Positions 27,262-37,915 of a stretch of 64,000 nucleotides of DNA are shown here, piece by piece. Each line of letters starts with the position of its first letter. Within the stretch, counting starts at the first letter, position 1. The notes below the pieces were generated by a model. That model saw only the letters and a program-made list of their open reading frames with translations, was not told where the DNA came from and searched no databases. Origin of the DNA: Dehalococcoidia bacterium (GTDB lineage Bacteria; Chloroflexota; Dehalococcoidia; Plut-88900); contig CBDFLQ010000005.1 of the NCBI GenBank assembly GCA_965249275.1, forward strand, positions 709,857 through 773,856, read 5' to 3'. The translations under genes were made by a program, and so were the position numbers.

Positions 27262-28515
27262 ATGGACTCGGCGAATGGAGAAGAGGCGCGACCTATGGGG
27301 CCCCTGACCGGGATACGAGTCATAGAACTGGCCGTCTGGCACAATGGCGGGGGCGCGGGATACATGCTCGGGGACCTGGGGGCGGACGTTATCAAGATAG
27401 AGCAGCCCGTGACCGGAGACCCGAGCAGGGGAGTGACGCAGGCCTTCGGGCACAACCTTGAGATCCCCGGCGGCCGGGCCCTGTGGTTCGAGATGGTGAA
27501 CCGAGGCAAGCGGGCCATCACCCTTAACTTGAAGAGCGCCCAGGGGAAGGAAGTGCTCCGCCGGCTAATCTCCAAAGCCGACGTCTTCTTCACCAACTTC
27601 ACCATGGACGTGGTTGAGCGGCTGGGCGTGGACTACGAGGCCCTTTCGGCTATAAACCCCAAGCTGATATGGGCGATCAACACGGCCTACGGCACTCGGG
27701 GCCCGCTGGCGAACAAGCACGGGTACGATTCCTCGATACAGGCGCACAGCGGCTACATGTTCCGTATGGGTAATGCCGAGGGCGGGGAGCCATTGATTGT
27801 TGGGGGAGGGACTTTCGACCAGATGGGCGCGACCATGCTAGCCTACGGGATCATGGCGGCACTGATTGCCAGGGAGAGGCAGGGGGTGGGGCAGGCGGTG
27901 GAAGCCTCGATGCTCGGGAGTGCCATTCACCTGCAGCACGACAACTACCACATGTACCTCTGGAAGAATGACGCAACCTTTGGGACTTCCAGCCGTGCGT
28001 CGTTGGACCCGTTCGTCAACTGGTACCGGTGCTCCGACGGCCAGTGGATAATGCTCAACGAGCCGCATCCGGAACGGGTCTGGCAGGAATTTTGCTCCGT
28101 GCTGGAGCTGGGTGCGTTAGTCGACGACCTGAGGTTCAACACGCTGGCCGGCAGACTGGAGAATGCGGCTGCATTCAGAGACATCCTGATTGAGACATTT
28201 GCAGCGAGGCCGAGACCGGTGTGGGCCGACCTGTTTGTGCAGAAGAAGGTGAAGTTCGTCTACACGCTGGTCAATACGGTTGCGGAGGCTGCGAAAGACC
28301 CCCAAGCGTTGGCCAACGAGTACGTGGTAGACACCGAGCACCCGACGATGGGGGCTACCAAGACCACGGGACCACCAATCAGATTCTCCAAGACTCCGGC
28401 GAGGGTCGGGACAGGGGCCCCGGAGTTCGGGCAGCACACCGAGGAGGTGCTAACCGAGGTTTGCGGGTACGACTGGGATGAGGTGACCGAGATGCGGGAG
28501 TCGGGGGTAATCTAG
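27262..28515 (+). CDS. class III CoA-transferase (CaiB/BaiF family)
   Basis: PLTGIRVIEL, LGDLGADVIKIE, NRGKRAITLNLK, GYD and APEFGQHTEEVL. Confidence 0.94.
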   Translation: MDSANGEEARPMGPLTGIRVIELAVWHNGGGAGYMLGDLGADVIKIEQPVTGDPSRGVTQAFGHNLEIPGGRALWFEMVNRGKRAITLNLKSAQGKEVLRRLISKADVFFTNFTMDVVERLGVDYEALSAINPKLIWAINTAYGTRGPLANKHGYDSSIQAHSGYMFRMGNAEGGEPLIVGGGTFDQMGATMLAYGIMAALIARERQGVGQAVEASMLGSAIHLQHDNYHMYLWKNDATFGTSSRASLDPFVNWYRCSDGQWIMLNEPHPERVWQEFCSVLELGALVDDLRFNTLAGRLENAAAFRDILIETFAARPRPVWADLFVQKKVKFVYTLVNTVAEAAKDPQALANEYVVDTEHPTMGATKTTGPPIRFSKTPARVGTGAPEFGQHTEEVLTEVCGYDWDEVTEMRESGVI

Positions 28516-28529
28516 CCGCTGCCCCTATA

Positions 28530-29792
28530 ATGGCTGTCGTAACCATGGCAGTCATTTCTCAAGAATCGTCTCCGCATCGTCTCGCCGCCCAGGATGCGAT
28601 CCCCCGTTACCGATGGGTGGTGATTGGGGCGATGGCCTCAGGCGTCTCCACGTCGATGGCGATGCTCTTCTTCATCGGCCTGCTCCTGCCGGACATTTCC
28701 AAGGAGCTTGGGCTGTCGCCGACGATGCAGGGGTTGGTGGGCTCCTCGTCGCTGATCACCAACCTGGTGCTGGTGATGCCCATCAATACGTGGAGTTCCC
28801 GATTCAGGCCGCGGCGGATGCTCGCCTTCGCGCTGTTTTTGGTTGCGGGGTCGATCTTCATCCAGGCTCGGGCGCCGGTGTTTGCGGTGCTGCTCCTCGG
28901 GAGGGGGTGCCTGGCCCTGGGAACGATGTTCACGCAGGCCCCGAGGGTGCTGTTGATTCAGCAGTGGTCCAGCAGACGCCAACTGGCCATGACCAACGGC
29001 ATCCTTGTTGGAAGCGTGGACTTGATGATGGGGATCGTGTCGTTCCTTACACCGCTGATCGTGGTCTGGACAGGGGACTGGAGAAGAGCGCTGAACGTGT
29101 GGGGCTTCGTGTGCCTGGCCCTGACCCTGGCCTGGCTGGTGCTTGGCAGGAACCGGGGGACGGGGGAGGAGCGAAGAGGAGCGCCTTCCCAGGAAGGCAC
29201 ACCGCTGAAGAGCGTCCTGAAATACCGGGAGCTGTGGTACGCCAGCATCGGGCTGGTGGGAGTGGTCCTGGCGGAGATGGCCTTCAACGTGTTCTGGCCG
29301 ACCTTGGCAGAGAGCCGGTTACACCTCTCGGGGACAATGGTGGGGGTAGCAGTGGGGGCCTCGGCGCTTGCTGCTGCGCCGAGCTCGATAGGCGTAAACG
29401 CAGTGGGGTTTTTCAACCGGCACAGGTCCCTTGTCCTGGCGGTGTGCGGCGTCGCCAAATTCGTACTAATCGTGCTCCTGCTCTACACAGAACCTGCGGG
29501 ACTGGTGATCCTTTTAACGATACTCAAAGGAGTGTTCTCGGCGTTCTTTGCCGTGATAATGGGCATGGTGTTCTATCTGCCCAACATCAAGCCGAGAGAA
29601 GTGGCCGTGAGCCAGGCCTTTCTGCGGATAGCGATCTCCTTAGGAGCGGCTATCGGGCCCCTGATGGTGGGATTCATCCAGGAGGCTACGGGGGACCTGC
29701 AGCGAGCTTTGCTTTACACCTCATTCATGCCACTGACCCTAGTCCTGAGCTCAGTGCTGCTCCGGAAACCGAGACGAGCGACAGAGGGCTAG
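28530..29792 (+). CDS. MFS transporter
   Basis: YRWVV N-terminus, about 12 TM segments. Confidence 0.85.
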   Translation: MAVVTMAVISQESSPHRLAAQDAIPRYRWVVIGAMASGVSTSMAMLFFIGLLLPDISKELGLSPTMQGLVGSSSLITNLVLVMPINTWSSRFRPRRMLAFALFLVAGSIFIQARAPVFAVLLLGRGCLALGTMFTQAPRVLLIQQWSSRRQLAMTNGILVGSVDLMMGIVSFLTPLIVVWTGDWRRALNVWGFVCLALTLAWLVLGRNRGTGEERRGAPSQEGTPLKSVLKYRELWYASIGLVGVVLAEMAFNVFWPTLAESRLHLSGTMVGVAVGASALAAAPSSIGVNAVGFFNRHRSLVLAVCGVAKFVLIVLLLYTEPAGLVILLTILKGVFSAFFAVIMGMVFYLPNIKPREVAVSQAFLRIAISLGAAIGPLMVGFIQEATGDLQRALLYTSFMPLTLVLSSVLLRKPRRATEG

Positions 29793-29831
29793 CGGCGGGC
29801 AAAATGGGTCAGGGAAGATTACTGAACAGTC

Positions 29832-30473
29832 ATGCCAGAGCAACCTGAGTCCCCATTCCGGCCTGAGCACTTTCGTAGGGACGACGAGAGGCCGGATGCC
29901 GTGTTCTACGCCGCGCCACGGCTGGTTGTCCACATCGATCAGTTCGCTATCAAGGCGATTGGAGAATACCTCTCGGGGGTGCTGCCCTCCGGCGGGGTGA
30001 TACTGGACCTGATGAGCAGCTGGCGGTCGCATCTGCCTGAAGGCCAGCCGAGGGGGAAGGTGGTCGGGCTGGGTCTCAATGCAGTCGAGATGAGGGAGAA
30101 TCCGCAACTCGACGATGCCTTGGTCTACGATTTGAATGCCAATCCCACACTGCCTTTCCGAGACGACACGTTAGATGCGGCGATATTGACGGTATCGGTG
30201 CAATATTTGACCAAGCCGGAACTAGTGTTTCGGGAGGTGGCAAGGGTGCTTAGGCCCGGGGCCCGGTTCCATGTGATCTTCTCGAACCGGATGTTCCCTA
30301 CGAAAGCCACGGCGATATGGAAGGCGCTTTCGGAAGAAGACCGGGGGCGGCTGGTGGGGGCGTATTTCCGTCGGTCGGGGGGGTGGGGGGAGCCGGAGGC
30401 GAGAGATATCACTCCAAGGCTCGGGATTTACTGTGATCCGGTGTATGTGGTGTCGGGGGCGGTGGTGGTGTAG
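29832..30473 (+). CDS. class I SAM-dependent methyltransferase
   Basis: FY..PRLV.HID, LDLMSSW.SH, SVQYL and FSNRMFPTKA. Confidence 0.88.
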   Translation: MPEQPESPFRPEHFRRDDERPDAVFYAAPRLVVHIDQFAIKAIGEYLSGVLPSGGVILDLMSSWRSHLPEGQPRGKVVGLGLNAVEMRENPQLDDALVYDLNANPTLPFRDDTLDAAILTVSVQYLTKPELVFREVARVLRPGARFHVIFSNRMFPTKATAIWKALSEEDRGRLVGAYFRRSGGWGEPEARDITPRLGIYCDPVYVVSGAVVV

Positions 30474-30500
30474 GCTTGGGGTCAATTACGAGGTGAGATT

Positions 30501-30797
30501 ATGCCTATGGCAAACCCGTGCCACCCGGGAGAGATAGTCAAATATGAATGCTTGGAGCCGTTGGGGCTGACCGTGACTAAGGCGGCTAAGGGCTTGGGTG
30601 TAACTCGCTAGGCGCTTTCAAATGTGATTAATGGAAGGGCTGGGGTGTCGGTGGACATGGCGATCCGGTTTTCGAAGGCGTTTGGGTCTACGCCGGAGAC
30701 CTGGCTGGGAATGCAGATGGCCTACGATCTCTGGCAGGCCCGGGACAGAGTCAAGGAGATCAAGGTCGAACGATTCGCCGAGCCGAGTGTAGTTTAG
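30501..30797 (+). pseudogene. higA: HigA family antitoxin with an in-frame TAG at codon 37
   Basis: [13 protein letters not shown]...LGVTR*ALSNVINGRAGVSVDMAIRFSKAFGSTPETWLGMQMAYDLWQA; stop at 30609-30611. Confidence 0.85.
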
Positions 30798-31495
30798 CCG
30801 GAGTCGGCGTCTTCGGTGATGCCGACTGTGCCGAGGGCGGCGATTATCTCTTCCCTGCTGAGGAATGCGCCGAACTTTATGTGGCGGACCACTCCCTTGT
30901 CATCCAGGATGTAGGTCCAGGGCAGGCCGGGTACCTGGTAAGCTGTGGCTACCTGTCGGTGAGTGTCCATGACCGTCGGCATGGTTAGTCCCAGCAGCTC
31001 CTTGTAGGCTTTGACCCTCTCCGACGATTCCCGGACATCCACCGTAAGCACCACCAAGTCGTCCCCGAGAGAGTTGTAGATACTCTCGATCTCAGGCATT
31101 TCGAAGCGGCAGGGCCCGCACCAGACGGCGAAGAAGTTGATGAAGACGGGTTGGCCTCGGAAATCGCTAAGAACTACGACATCACCATTCTCGGTCTCGA
31201 GCCGGAAGTCGGGGGCGAGGTAGCCGATCTCGCTGCCGATGGGGAGGCCGTCTGGGTTGGGGGTTTCCTTGATGCCGAGCCTAGTGTTTGGGTCAGCGTC
31301 CGCCTCTGTCTCCGGGGTGACTGTGGGGATGGGGGTGGGCACGGAGGTGGGGGTGGGGGGTGAGACTTCTTGCGTAGGCTCGGGGGTGGGGGTGGGAGGT
31401 TCCTCGGTGGCGGTGGGACTGGCGCAAGCGGCCGCGGCGAGGATCACGAGGGCCAGGGCCAAGACCGGGATTTGTAATAGTCTGTTGCTGATCAT
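30794..31495 (-). CDS. TlpA/ResA-like thiol-disulfide oxidoreductase lipoprotein
   Basis: Lipobox LAAAAC, PT linker, APDF.L and NFFAVWCGPC. Confidence 0.9.
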   Translation of the reverse strand: MISNRLLQIPVLALALVILAAAACASPTATEEPPTPTPEPTQEVSPPTPTSVPTPIPTVTPETEADADPNTRLGIKETPNPDGLPIGSEIGYLAPDFRLETENGDVVVLSDFRGQPVFINFFAVWCGPCRFEMPEIESIYNSLGDDLVVLTVDVRESSERVKAYKELLGLTMPTVMDTHRQVATAYQVPGLPWTYILDDKGVVRHIKFGAFLSREEIIAALGTVGITEDADSG

Positions 31496-31615
31496 GGGTT
31501 GGGGTTATTATAGCCCGGTTGGGGGAAGGGATGGGTTCAAGCTACGACGCACCTGCGGACTGCCTACGAAGGAGCGACGGGCAGAAAAGCGGAAAATTCG
31601 GATTAAAGGTCGGAG

Positions 31616-32989
31616 ATGATGGCAACGGTTATTAAGAATACGACCATCGTGACGGGAGGGCCTGGTAGGACCATTCTTCACGACTCGGCGATTGCGATTG
31701 AGGACGGGAAGATTGCTGCGCTGGGAAACTCGGAAGAGGTAGGGGCGCGGTTCCCGGGGGCGGAGGTGGTGGATGGTCGGAGGAAGGCTGTGTTTCCGGG
31801 CCTCATAAACGCCCACACTCACCTGTTGAAGACGGCTAACCGCGGCATCCTGGAGGACACGGGCTTCCCCACAACCCTCCGGTTCCCGGAGGACACCCGA
31901 GCCCTGATGGGCAAAGAAGAAGATAACGTCTTTGCCGTGCTCGGGGTTATAGAGTCGATACGGAGTGGGGCGACATGCGTGCTGGAGATCGAGAAGGACA
32001 TAGCGAACTATGTCCAAAGTCTCGCCGACACGGGGATGAGGATGGTACTGGCAGAGTACGTAGAAGACGTGGACATGGAGCTGGTTCGCAGGAGCGAGTA
32101 CAGCTACATCCCCGCCAAGGCGGACGAGGGGATGCGGAAGAGTGTTGACTTGATCGAGGGTTGGAATCGCGGAACCGAGGGTCGGGTCACGTGCATGACT
32201 TCCCCGTCGACACCCGAATACTGCTCGCCGGAGCTGTTGCAGGATTGCCGCCGGACGGCTGACCGGTATGACATCGGGATGACGGTCCACCTGAGCGAAA
32301 GCTACGATGAAGTACAGGCGGTGATGCGGACCAGGGGCGTGAGGCCGACCCAGTACCTGTACGTTAACGGCGCCTTGGGCCCGAGAGTGGTGGCCGCGCA
32401 CTGCCGCTACCTAGATGATTCGGAGATTGCGTTGATGGGGCAGACCCGGACGAATGTGTCGTTCAACCCGGCCATTGCCGCACGACGAGGGGCGGCAGCC
32501 CCGGCCAGGGAGTTGGAAGAGGCGGGTTCCAACATCGGAATGGGGTCGGACAACATGGACGAGAACATGCTCCACGTGCTGAGGACGGGTCTGTTCGCCG
32601 AGCGGGTGCGCCAGCACACTCCGATGTCGCCGCAGCCGGAGCAGGTATTGGAGTGGGGGACTATGGGGAGCGCCCGTGCCCTGGGGCTCGGGGACCAGGT
32701 AGGCAGCCTGGAGGTGGGGAAGAAGGCCGACCTGTTTATGATAGACACGTTCAGGCCTCACCTGGTGCCGAACCACCGGATTGTCTCGGCGTACATACAC
32801 AACGGGCAGGCCGACGACGTGGAAGCGGTGATGGTCGACGGACGATGGCTGATGAGGGACGGGAAGCTGTTAACCATCGATGAGGAGGATGTCGTGGCGC
32901 GGGCCGAGGAGATGGGTCAAACATTATGGCGCCGCTTGCTGGACAGGAATCCCTCGGTGCCGTTTCCCTTCTCGTTGCCGCCTCGGTAG
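31616..32989 (+). CDS. amidohydrolase (MTA/SAH deaminase / chlorohydrolase-like)
   Basis: PGLINAHTH, HLSES, AAHC, GSD and GSLEVGKKAD. Confidence 0.9.
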   Translation: MMATVIKNTTIVTGGPGRTILHDSAIAIEDGKIAALGNSEEVGARFPGAEVVDGRRKAVFPGLINAHTHLLKTANRGILEDTGFPTTLRFPEDTRALMGKEEDNVFAVLGVIESIRSGATCVLEIEKDIANYVQSLADTGMRMVLAEYVEDVDMELVRRSEYSYIPAKADEGMRKSVDLIEGWNRGTEGRVTCMTSPSTPEYCSPELLQDCRRTADRYDIGMTVHLSESYDEVQAVMRTRGVRPTQYLYVNGALGPRVVAAHCRYLDDSEIALMGQTRTNVSFNPAIAARRGAAAPARELEEAGSNIGMGSDNMDENMLHVLRTGLFAERVRQHTPMSPQPEQVLEWGTMGSARALGLGDQVGSLEVGKKADLFMIDTFRPHLVPNHRIVSAYIHNGQADDVEAVMVDGRWLMRDGKLLTIDEEDVVARAEEMGQTLWRRLLDRNPSVPFPFSLPPR

Positions 32990-33063
32990 CGCCATCCGAC
33001 TCATCCTGATAATATCTCCCCGTTCCCGGTTCTGAAGGTCCCATCACATCAAGGAGGACGGAT

Positions 33064-33267
33064 ATGCCTATAGTCAGAGTAGAGATGCTGCCAGGCCGGA
33101 GCGAGTCACAGAAATCGGACCTGGTTAAGGCCATGACCGACGCCATGGTCAACATAGCGGGCACTCCCTCGGCGGAGTCGGTCCACGTTATCATCACGGA
33201 AACCGCCGGCGAGCACTGGGCCATGGGTGGCGAGATGCTTTCCGAGAGGATGAAGGCCAGGGCGTAG
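33064..33267 (+). CDS. 4-oxalocrotonate tautomerase family protein
   Basis: N-terminal Pro, GRS..QK and V.VII.E...W..GG. Confidence 0.92.
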   Translation: MPIVRVEMLPGRSESQKSDLVKAMTDAMVNIAGTPSAESVHVIITETAGEHWAMGGEMLSERMKARA

Positions 33268-33476
33268 CGGACCTTTCCTTCCCTAAAGGACAATGGCCGT
33301 ATATATTGGGGATCACCCTAGCCCTCTCCCATCAAGGGAGAGGGTATAAGACTCCCCCGCTCATACTTCGAGAGCCTCCCGCCTCGGCGGATCTGCGACA
33401 GCACGAGTGGGCCCAGCCCCTCCAATACGAGTTATGTGAGGGTAGTTCCTTCCGAGAAAGGATATGGGCTTAGTAC

Positions 33477-34451
33477 ATGGGTGACATAAGCAGGTTCAGC
33501 GCGTATTTGTACGGGTGGGGAGCGACGCCGCCAACACTGGACTCCCTGTCGGATGTGGTGAAGCAGCTGGACCGGCTGGGGTACTACTCCGCCGGATTCC
33601 CATATCACATGACCCTGCCCCACGCCCCGATGTTCGAACAGTTCAGCAGTCACCACCTGTTCGACCCACTGGCTTTACTTCCGTCCCTCTTTGCAGTCAC
33701 GCAAAACCTGCGTCTCGGGATCCATTCGCTCATCCTGCCCTTGCTCCCGCCCTATTTCTGGGCCAAGAACCTCTCGACGATCGACGTGATGTCCGGGGGG
33801 AGGCTGATACCGGGTATGTGCATGGGATGGTCTCCTGGGGACTTCAAAATGGCCGGGGTGGAGGAGCATCACAAACGCAGGGCTCGGGTCACGGATGAGC
33901 AGATGGAAGTGATCACCCGACTCTGGACTGAGGACGGCGTCGATCACGAGGGTAAGTATTACCAGCTTTCGGATGTAACCCTAGACCCGAAGCCCGTGCA
34001 GAAGCCATACCCGCCGATATGGTATGGCGGGGGCATTCCGTCGATACCGCGAGCGGCACGGTATGCCACCCATATTCTCCCCGCCCCGATGCCCGTCGAG
34101 GAGATAAGGGAGCAATGGATGCCGGCAATCGAGGCGGAGAACGAGCGGGCTGGGTCTTCCCTAAAGATCAGCCTGATGAACTTCGTTGCTATAGTGGACG
34201 ACGAGAGCAAGGTTGAGAGCGAAGTCGTGCCGCAGCTGCGGGAGTGCATTCGGCTGACTGCGACGGGGGTGAAGCCGGAAGATATGACGATAGTCGGCTC
34301 CCCGGAGACGTGTGCGGAGAGGGTGAGGGGTTTTCTGGACGCGGGTGTGGATCACTTATTGCTGGACTTCAGCTATCGAGGGTCGGCGTCTGCGGAGTAC
34401 CAGCGGGAGCAGATAGAGCGCTTTGCGGAAGAGGTAGTGCCTCTGGTTTAG
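33477..34451 (+). CDS. LLM class flavin/F420-dependent oxidoreductase
   Basis: DP...L, IDVMSGGRL, PKPVQKPYPPIW.GG and FAEEVVP. Confidence 0.9.
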   Translation: MGDISRFSAYLYGWGATPPTLDSLSDVVKQLDRLGYYSAGFPYHMTLPHAPMFEQFSSHHLFDPLALLPSLFAVTQNLRLGIHSLILPLLPPYFWAKNLSTIDVMSGGRLIPGMCMGWSPGDFKMAGVEEHHKRRARVTDEQMEVITRLWTEDGVDHEGKYYQLSDVTLDPKPVQKPYPPIWYGGGIPSIPRAARYATHILPAPMPVEEIREQWMPAIEAENERAGSSLKISLMNFVAIVDDESKVESEVVPQLRECIRLTATGVKPEDMTIVGSPETCAERVRGFLDAGVDHLLLDFSYRGSASAEYQREQIERFAEEVVPLV

Positions 34452-34715
34452 GGCTGGATGCCTGCTGTGGCAAGGCCGGACTCACCCTCACTCTCCTCAG
34501 CGAGCCTACGGCCCTAGCCCTCACGCCTCAGCGCATCTACGACTCTCATCGAGGGAGAGGGACAAGACGCCTCCCCCATTCCACTCTTGAGACTATTCGA
34601 GAGCCTCAGGGCCAGCGGAATGCCACAACCTTTTATTCACGCTGAGGCGTACCTCCGGCCTGCGCGCCAGAGGCGCATGTTCCAACTTCGCAGGAATGAG
34701 ATGGGAGTATCGGGA

Positions 34716-37631
34716 TCAGGCTAGGGGGATTCCTTCGGTGAGGACGGAGTCGCGGAGGACTTCGACGAGGTGCCGGGCGCGGCGGCCGGTGCCGTGCTCG
34801 ACCTGTTGCCGGCAGGAAACGCCCATGACCGCCACGTCCCACTCCTGACCCTTGGCCTCGATGGCTGGGAAGAGCTTCATTCCGCCTATCTGCATCGATA
34901 GGTCGTAGTGCTCCTTTTCGTAGCCGAAGGCTCCGGCCATGCCGCAGCACCCGGAGTCGATAACCTCCACCTGGTGGCCGGGGGCGAGGGAGAGGGCGGT
35001 CTTGGCTGCTTCTACCCCGACGAGGGCCTTCTGATGGCAGTGGCCGTGGAACAGGACTTTACGCGGTTGTCCGGAGAAGGCCAAATCCAAGGCTCCCTCT
35101 TCCGATATCTTGGCCAGGAACTCGTCGATCATGAAGGTGTTTTCGGCCACGACCTTGGACTTGCTATCCTGGAGGAGGTCGGGGTATTCATCACGGAAGG
35201 CGAGAAGGCAACTGGGCTCACAGCCGACTATCGGGGTGCCTTTGGAGGCGGCTTCAAACAGACGGTCGACGTTGTAGCGAGCGTTGCCTCGGGCGCGCTT
35301 TAGCAGACCCTTGGAGATCATGGGACGGCCACAGCATCGCACGTTGGCGAGACGCACTCGATAGCCTGCCAGCTCCAGCAACTCGACGGCGGCTATGCCG
35401 ACGGACGGGTAGTTGTAGGTCATAAATGTGTCGTTGAAGAGGATGACCTCGCCTCGGGACCCGGAGCTGAGGGGTCGGTGGTTTTTGAACCATTGCCCGA
35501 GGCCGGGGCTGGCAAAGGGAGGCAGTGCGCGGTTCTTGTGTATGCCGAGGAATCGGTGGTTGAGGCTTCGGACTCCGGGGAAGTTGGCGAGCCAGTTGGA
35601 GAAGGGGGCGAGAGCGGACCCCAGCCGGTTTATCAGGCTTATCTCGGAGAAGATCCGGGCTCGGAGGGGAGTGCCGTTGGCGGCATTGTACCGTTCCAGG
35701 AACTCATATTTGAGCTTGGCCATATCAACATTGGAAGGGCATTCGGCCTTGCAGCCCTTGCACTCAAGGCAGAGGTCAAGGGCGTCGTGGAGGCGCTCGC
35801 TGATCATGGTGTCGTGGGGGAGGGCGCCGGATAGGGTGGCTCGCAAGAGATTGGCGCGTCCACGGGTGGAGTGCTCCTCTTCACGGGTGGCCTGGAAAGA
35901 GGGGCACATGACGCCGTCCGACTTCCGGCATTCACCCATGCCGTTGCACATCTCGACGGCCCCGGCATAGCCTTCGAAAGACGAGAAGTCCATGCGGGTG
36001 TTGAGGCTCTGGGCCCGGTATTCCGTGCCGTAGCGCAGGTTCTCGGACATGGGGGGGCACTCGATGATCTTGCCTGGGTTCATTATGCGCTTGGGGTCGA
36101 AGGCGTCTTTGAGCTCGACGAAGGAGTCGTAGATCTTCCGGCCGAACATCTTCTCGGTCCAGACGCCTCGGACTATTCCGTCGCCGTGCTCGCCGCTGAG
36201 GGAGCCGCCAAACTCGAGGACGAGGTCGGTTATAGCCTCGGCGATGGACTCCATCTGCCGGATGCCGGGGCCATTCTTGAGGTTGACCAGGGGTCGGATG
36301 TGGAGGCAGCCGACGCTGGCGTGGCCGTAGTAGGAGGCAGTGGTATGGTGGGCTTGGACGATCTGGTCGAAGCGGCGGCCAAACTCTCCGAGCCGGTTGG
36401 GATCCACGGCTGTATCCTCAACGAAGGGGATGGGCTTGGCGTCGCCGCGGACGCCCATGAGCAGACCGAGACCTGCCTTGCGCACTGCCCAAGCCTTGGC
36501 CTGGTCTTCTTTCTCAAGCAGGTTGACGCAGGCGTAGCCGAGCCTCTTGCGCTCCATGTCGGCCTTGAAGCTCTCCAGCTTTGACCGGACTTCCGATTCC
36601 GAATTGCCGAAGAACTCGACCAGGACCAAGCCTCCGGGGTCTCCCTGCAGGAAGTCTATGTAGCGCTTGAGTCCGAGGGACGCCCGAGTCTGCCGGATGA
36701 TCATGTCGTCTATGAACTCCACGGCGGAAGGTCCGTGTTCGATGATTGCGGGCGTGGCGTCGCAGGCTTGGAAGATGTCCTCGAAATGGAGAGCGGCGAC
36801 GCCGGTGGCGTTGGGCAAGGGTTCGAGCTTGACCTTGGCCTCGGTGATGGTGCAGAGGGTGCCTTCGGAGCCGACGATGATGCGGGCAAGGTTAAAAGGG
36901 TCTGGGTCCAGGAATTCGTCGAGGTTGTAGCCGCTGACCCGGCGCATGATCTTTGGGTAGCGGGCTTCGATCTCTGCGCGGTTGGCCTCGGCGAGACGGG
37001 CAGTCTCACGATAGGCGTTGCCAAGCAAGCCGGGCCCCGAGAGTCTGTACTCCAAGCTACTTGGTGATATAGGACCTAGCCGCGCTCTTGTGCTGTCGGA
37101 GAGGATGGTGTCGAGCTCCAGGACCTGATCGATGGTCTTGCCGAAGAGGACGGAGTGGGTGCCGCAAGAGTTGTTGCCTATGCCGCCTCCAACGGTTGCA
37201 CGGTTAACTGTCGAGGGGTCGGGGGCGTAGTGGAGGCGATGTCCGGCAACCTGCCGGTTGAGGGCCGCAACTACGATGCCCGGCTCCACTCGGGCCCAAC
37301 CCTCCTCCGGGTTAACCTCCAGGAGCCGATTCAGATGCCTGCTGAAGTCCAGGACGATGGCGTGGTTGACGGTCTGGCCGGATAGGCTTGTGCCAGCGCC
37401 ACGAGGCAGGACGGGGATGCCCTCCCGGTTGGCGAGCTCGACGACGGCTACGACGTCGTCGGCATCGCGGGGAGTGACGACACCGACGGGTTTCATCTGG
37501 TAGATGCTGGCGTCGGTGCTGTAGAGGGTGCGGGAGAAATCGTCGAGGCGGACTTCGCCGGAGACGCGTCTTTCGAGTTCGGCGGCGAGGTCTCGGGCGA
37601 GGGTGGTATCGGCGCTGGTGGCGAGGGTCAC
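34716..37631 (-). CDS. FAD-linked oxidase fused to Fe-S/CCG domains (GlcD/GlcF, D-2-hydroxyacid dehydrogenase-like)
   Basis: PRGAGTSLSGQ, GSEGTL, SGEHGDG, CLECKGCKAECP, CCGRP, HGHCHQ and CCGMAG. Confidence 0.92.
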   Translation of the reverse strand: MTLATSADTTLARDLAAELERRVSGEVRLDDFSRTLYSTDASIYQMKPVGVVTPRDADDVVAVVELANREGIPVLPRGAGTSLSGQTVNHAIVLDFSRHLNRLLEVNPEEGWARVEPGIVVAALNRQVAGHRLHYAPDPSTVNRATVGGGIGNNSCGTHSVLFGKTIDQVLELDTILSDSTRARLGPISPSSLEYRLSGPGLLGNAYRETARLAEANRAEIEARYPKIMRRVSGYNLDEFLDPDPFNLARIIVGSEGTLCTITEAKVKLEPLPNATGVAALHFEDIFQACDATPAIIEHGPSAVEFIDDMIIRQTRASLGLKRYIDFLQGDPGGLVLVEFFGNSESEVRSKLESFKADMERKRLGYACVNLLEKEDQAKAWAVRKAGLGLLMGVRGDAKPIPFVEDTAVDPNRLGEFGRRFDQIVQAHHTTASYYGHASVGCLHIRPLVNLKNGPGIRQMESIAEAITDLVLEFGGSLSGEHGDGIVRGVWTEKMFGRKIYDSFVELKDAFDPKRIMNPGKIIECPPMSENLRYGTEYRAQSLNTRMDFSSFEGYAGAVEMCNGMGECRKSDGVMCPSFQATREEEHSTRGRANLLRATLSGALPHDTMISERLHDALDLCLECKGCKAECPSNVDMAKLKYEFLERYNAANGTPLRARIFSEISLINRLGSALAPFSNWLANFPGVRSLNHRFLGIHKNRALPPFASPGLGQWFKNHRPLSSGSRGEVILFNDTFMTYNYPSVGIAAVELLELAGYRVRLANVRCCGRPMISKGLLKRARGNARYNVDRLFEAASKGTPIVGCEPSCLLAFRDEYPDLLQDSKSKVVAENTFMIDEFLAKISEEGALDLAFSGQPRKVLFHGHCHQKALVGVEAAKTALSLAPGHQVEVIDSGCCGMAGAFGYEKEHYDLSMQIGGMKLFPAIEAKGQEWDVAVMGVSCRQQVEHGTGRRARHLVEVLRDSVLTEGIPLA

Positions 37632-37915
37632 GGGATTGGGGCCTCCGGGGGGTTGACTATAATCAGGGCATCAGGACCTTTGATTGAATCACTAACTCAG
37701 GCACGATTATTGATTGTTTCGAGAAACTTTGCGCGTCACTTAATGGACATTCAGTGCTTTTTCTCCATTGGAAAGGATAGGGTGGGGAGGTGGGGGGATG
37801 CAAGGGGGTGACGGCTCAGAGCAATGTTGACACCCGTGAAGCGCCTCAAACATAATGCGGCCCATCTCCAATTACACGGCTCGGCGGCCGTGTGTTCTGA
37901 ACAGGGAGGTTTCGT

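Noticed and set aside
31310-31420. GGGGTGGGGGTG repeats
   Set aside because: They encode the Pro/Thr linker of the TlpA lipoprotein
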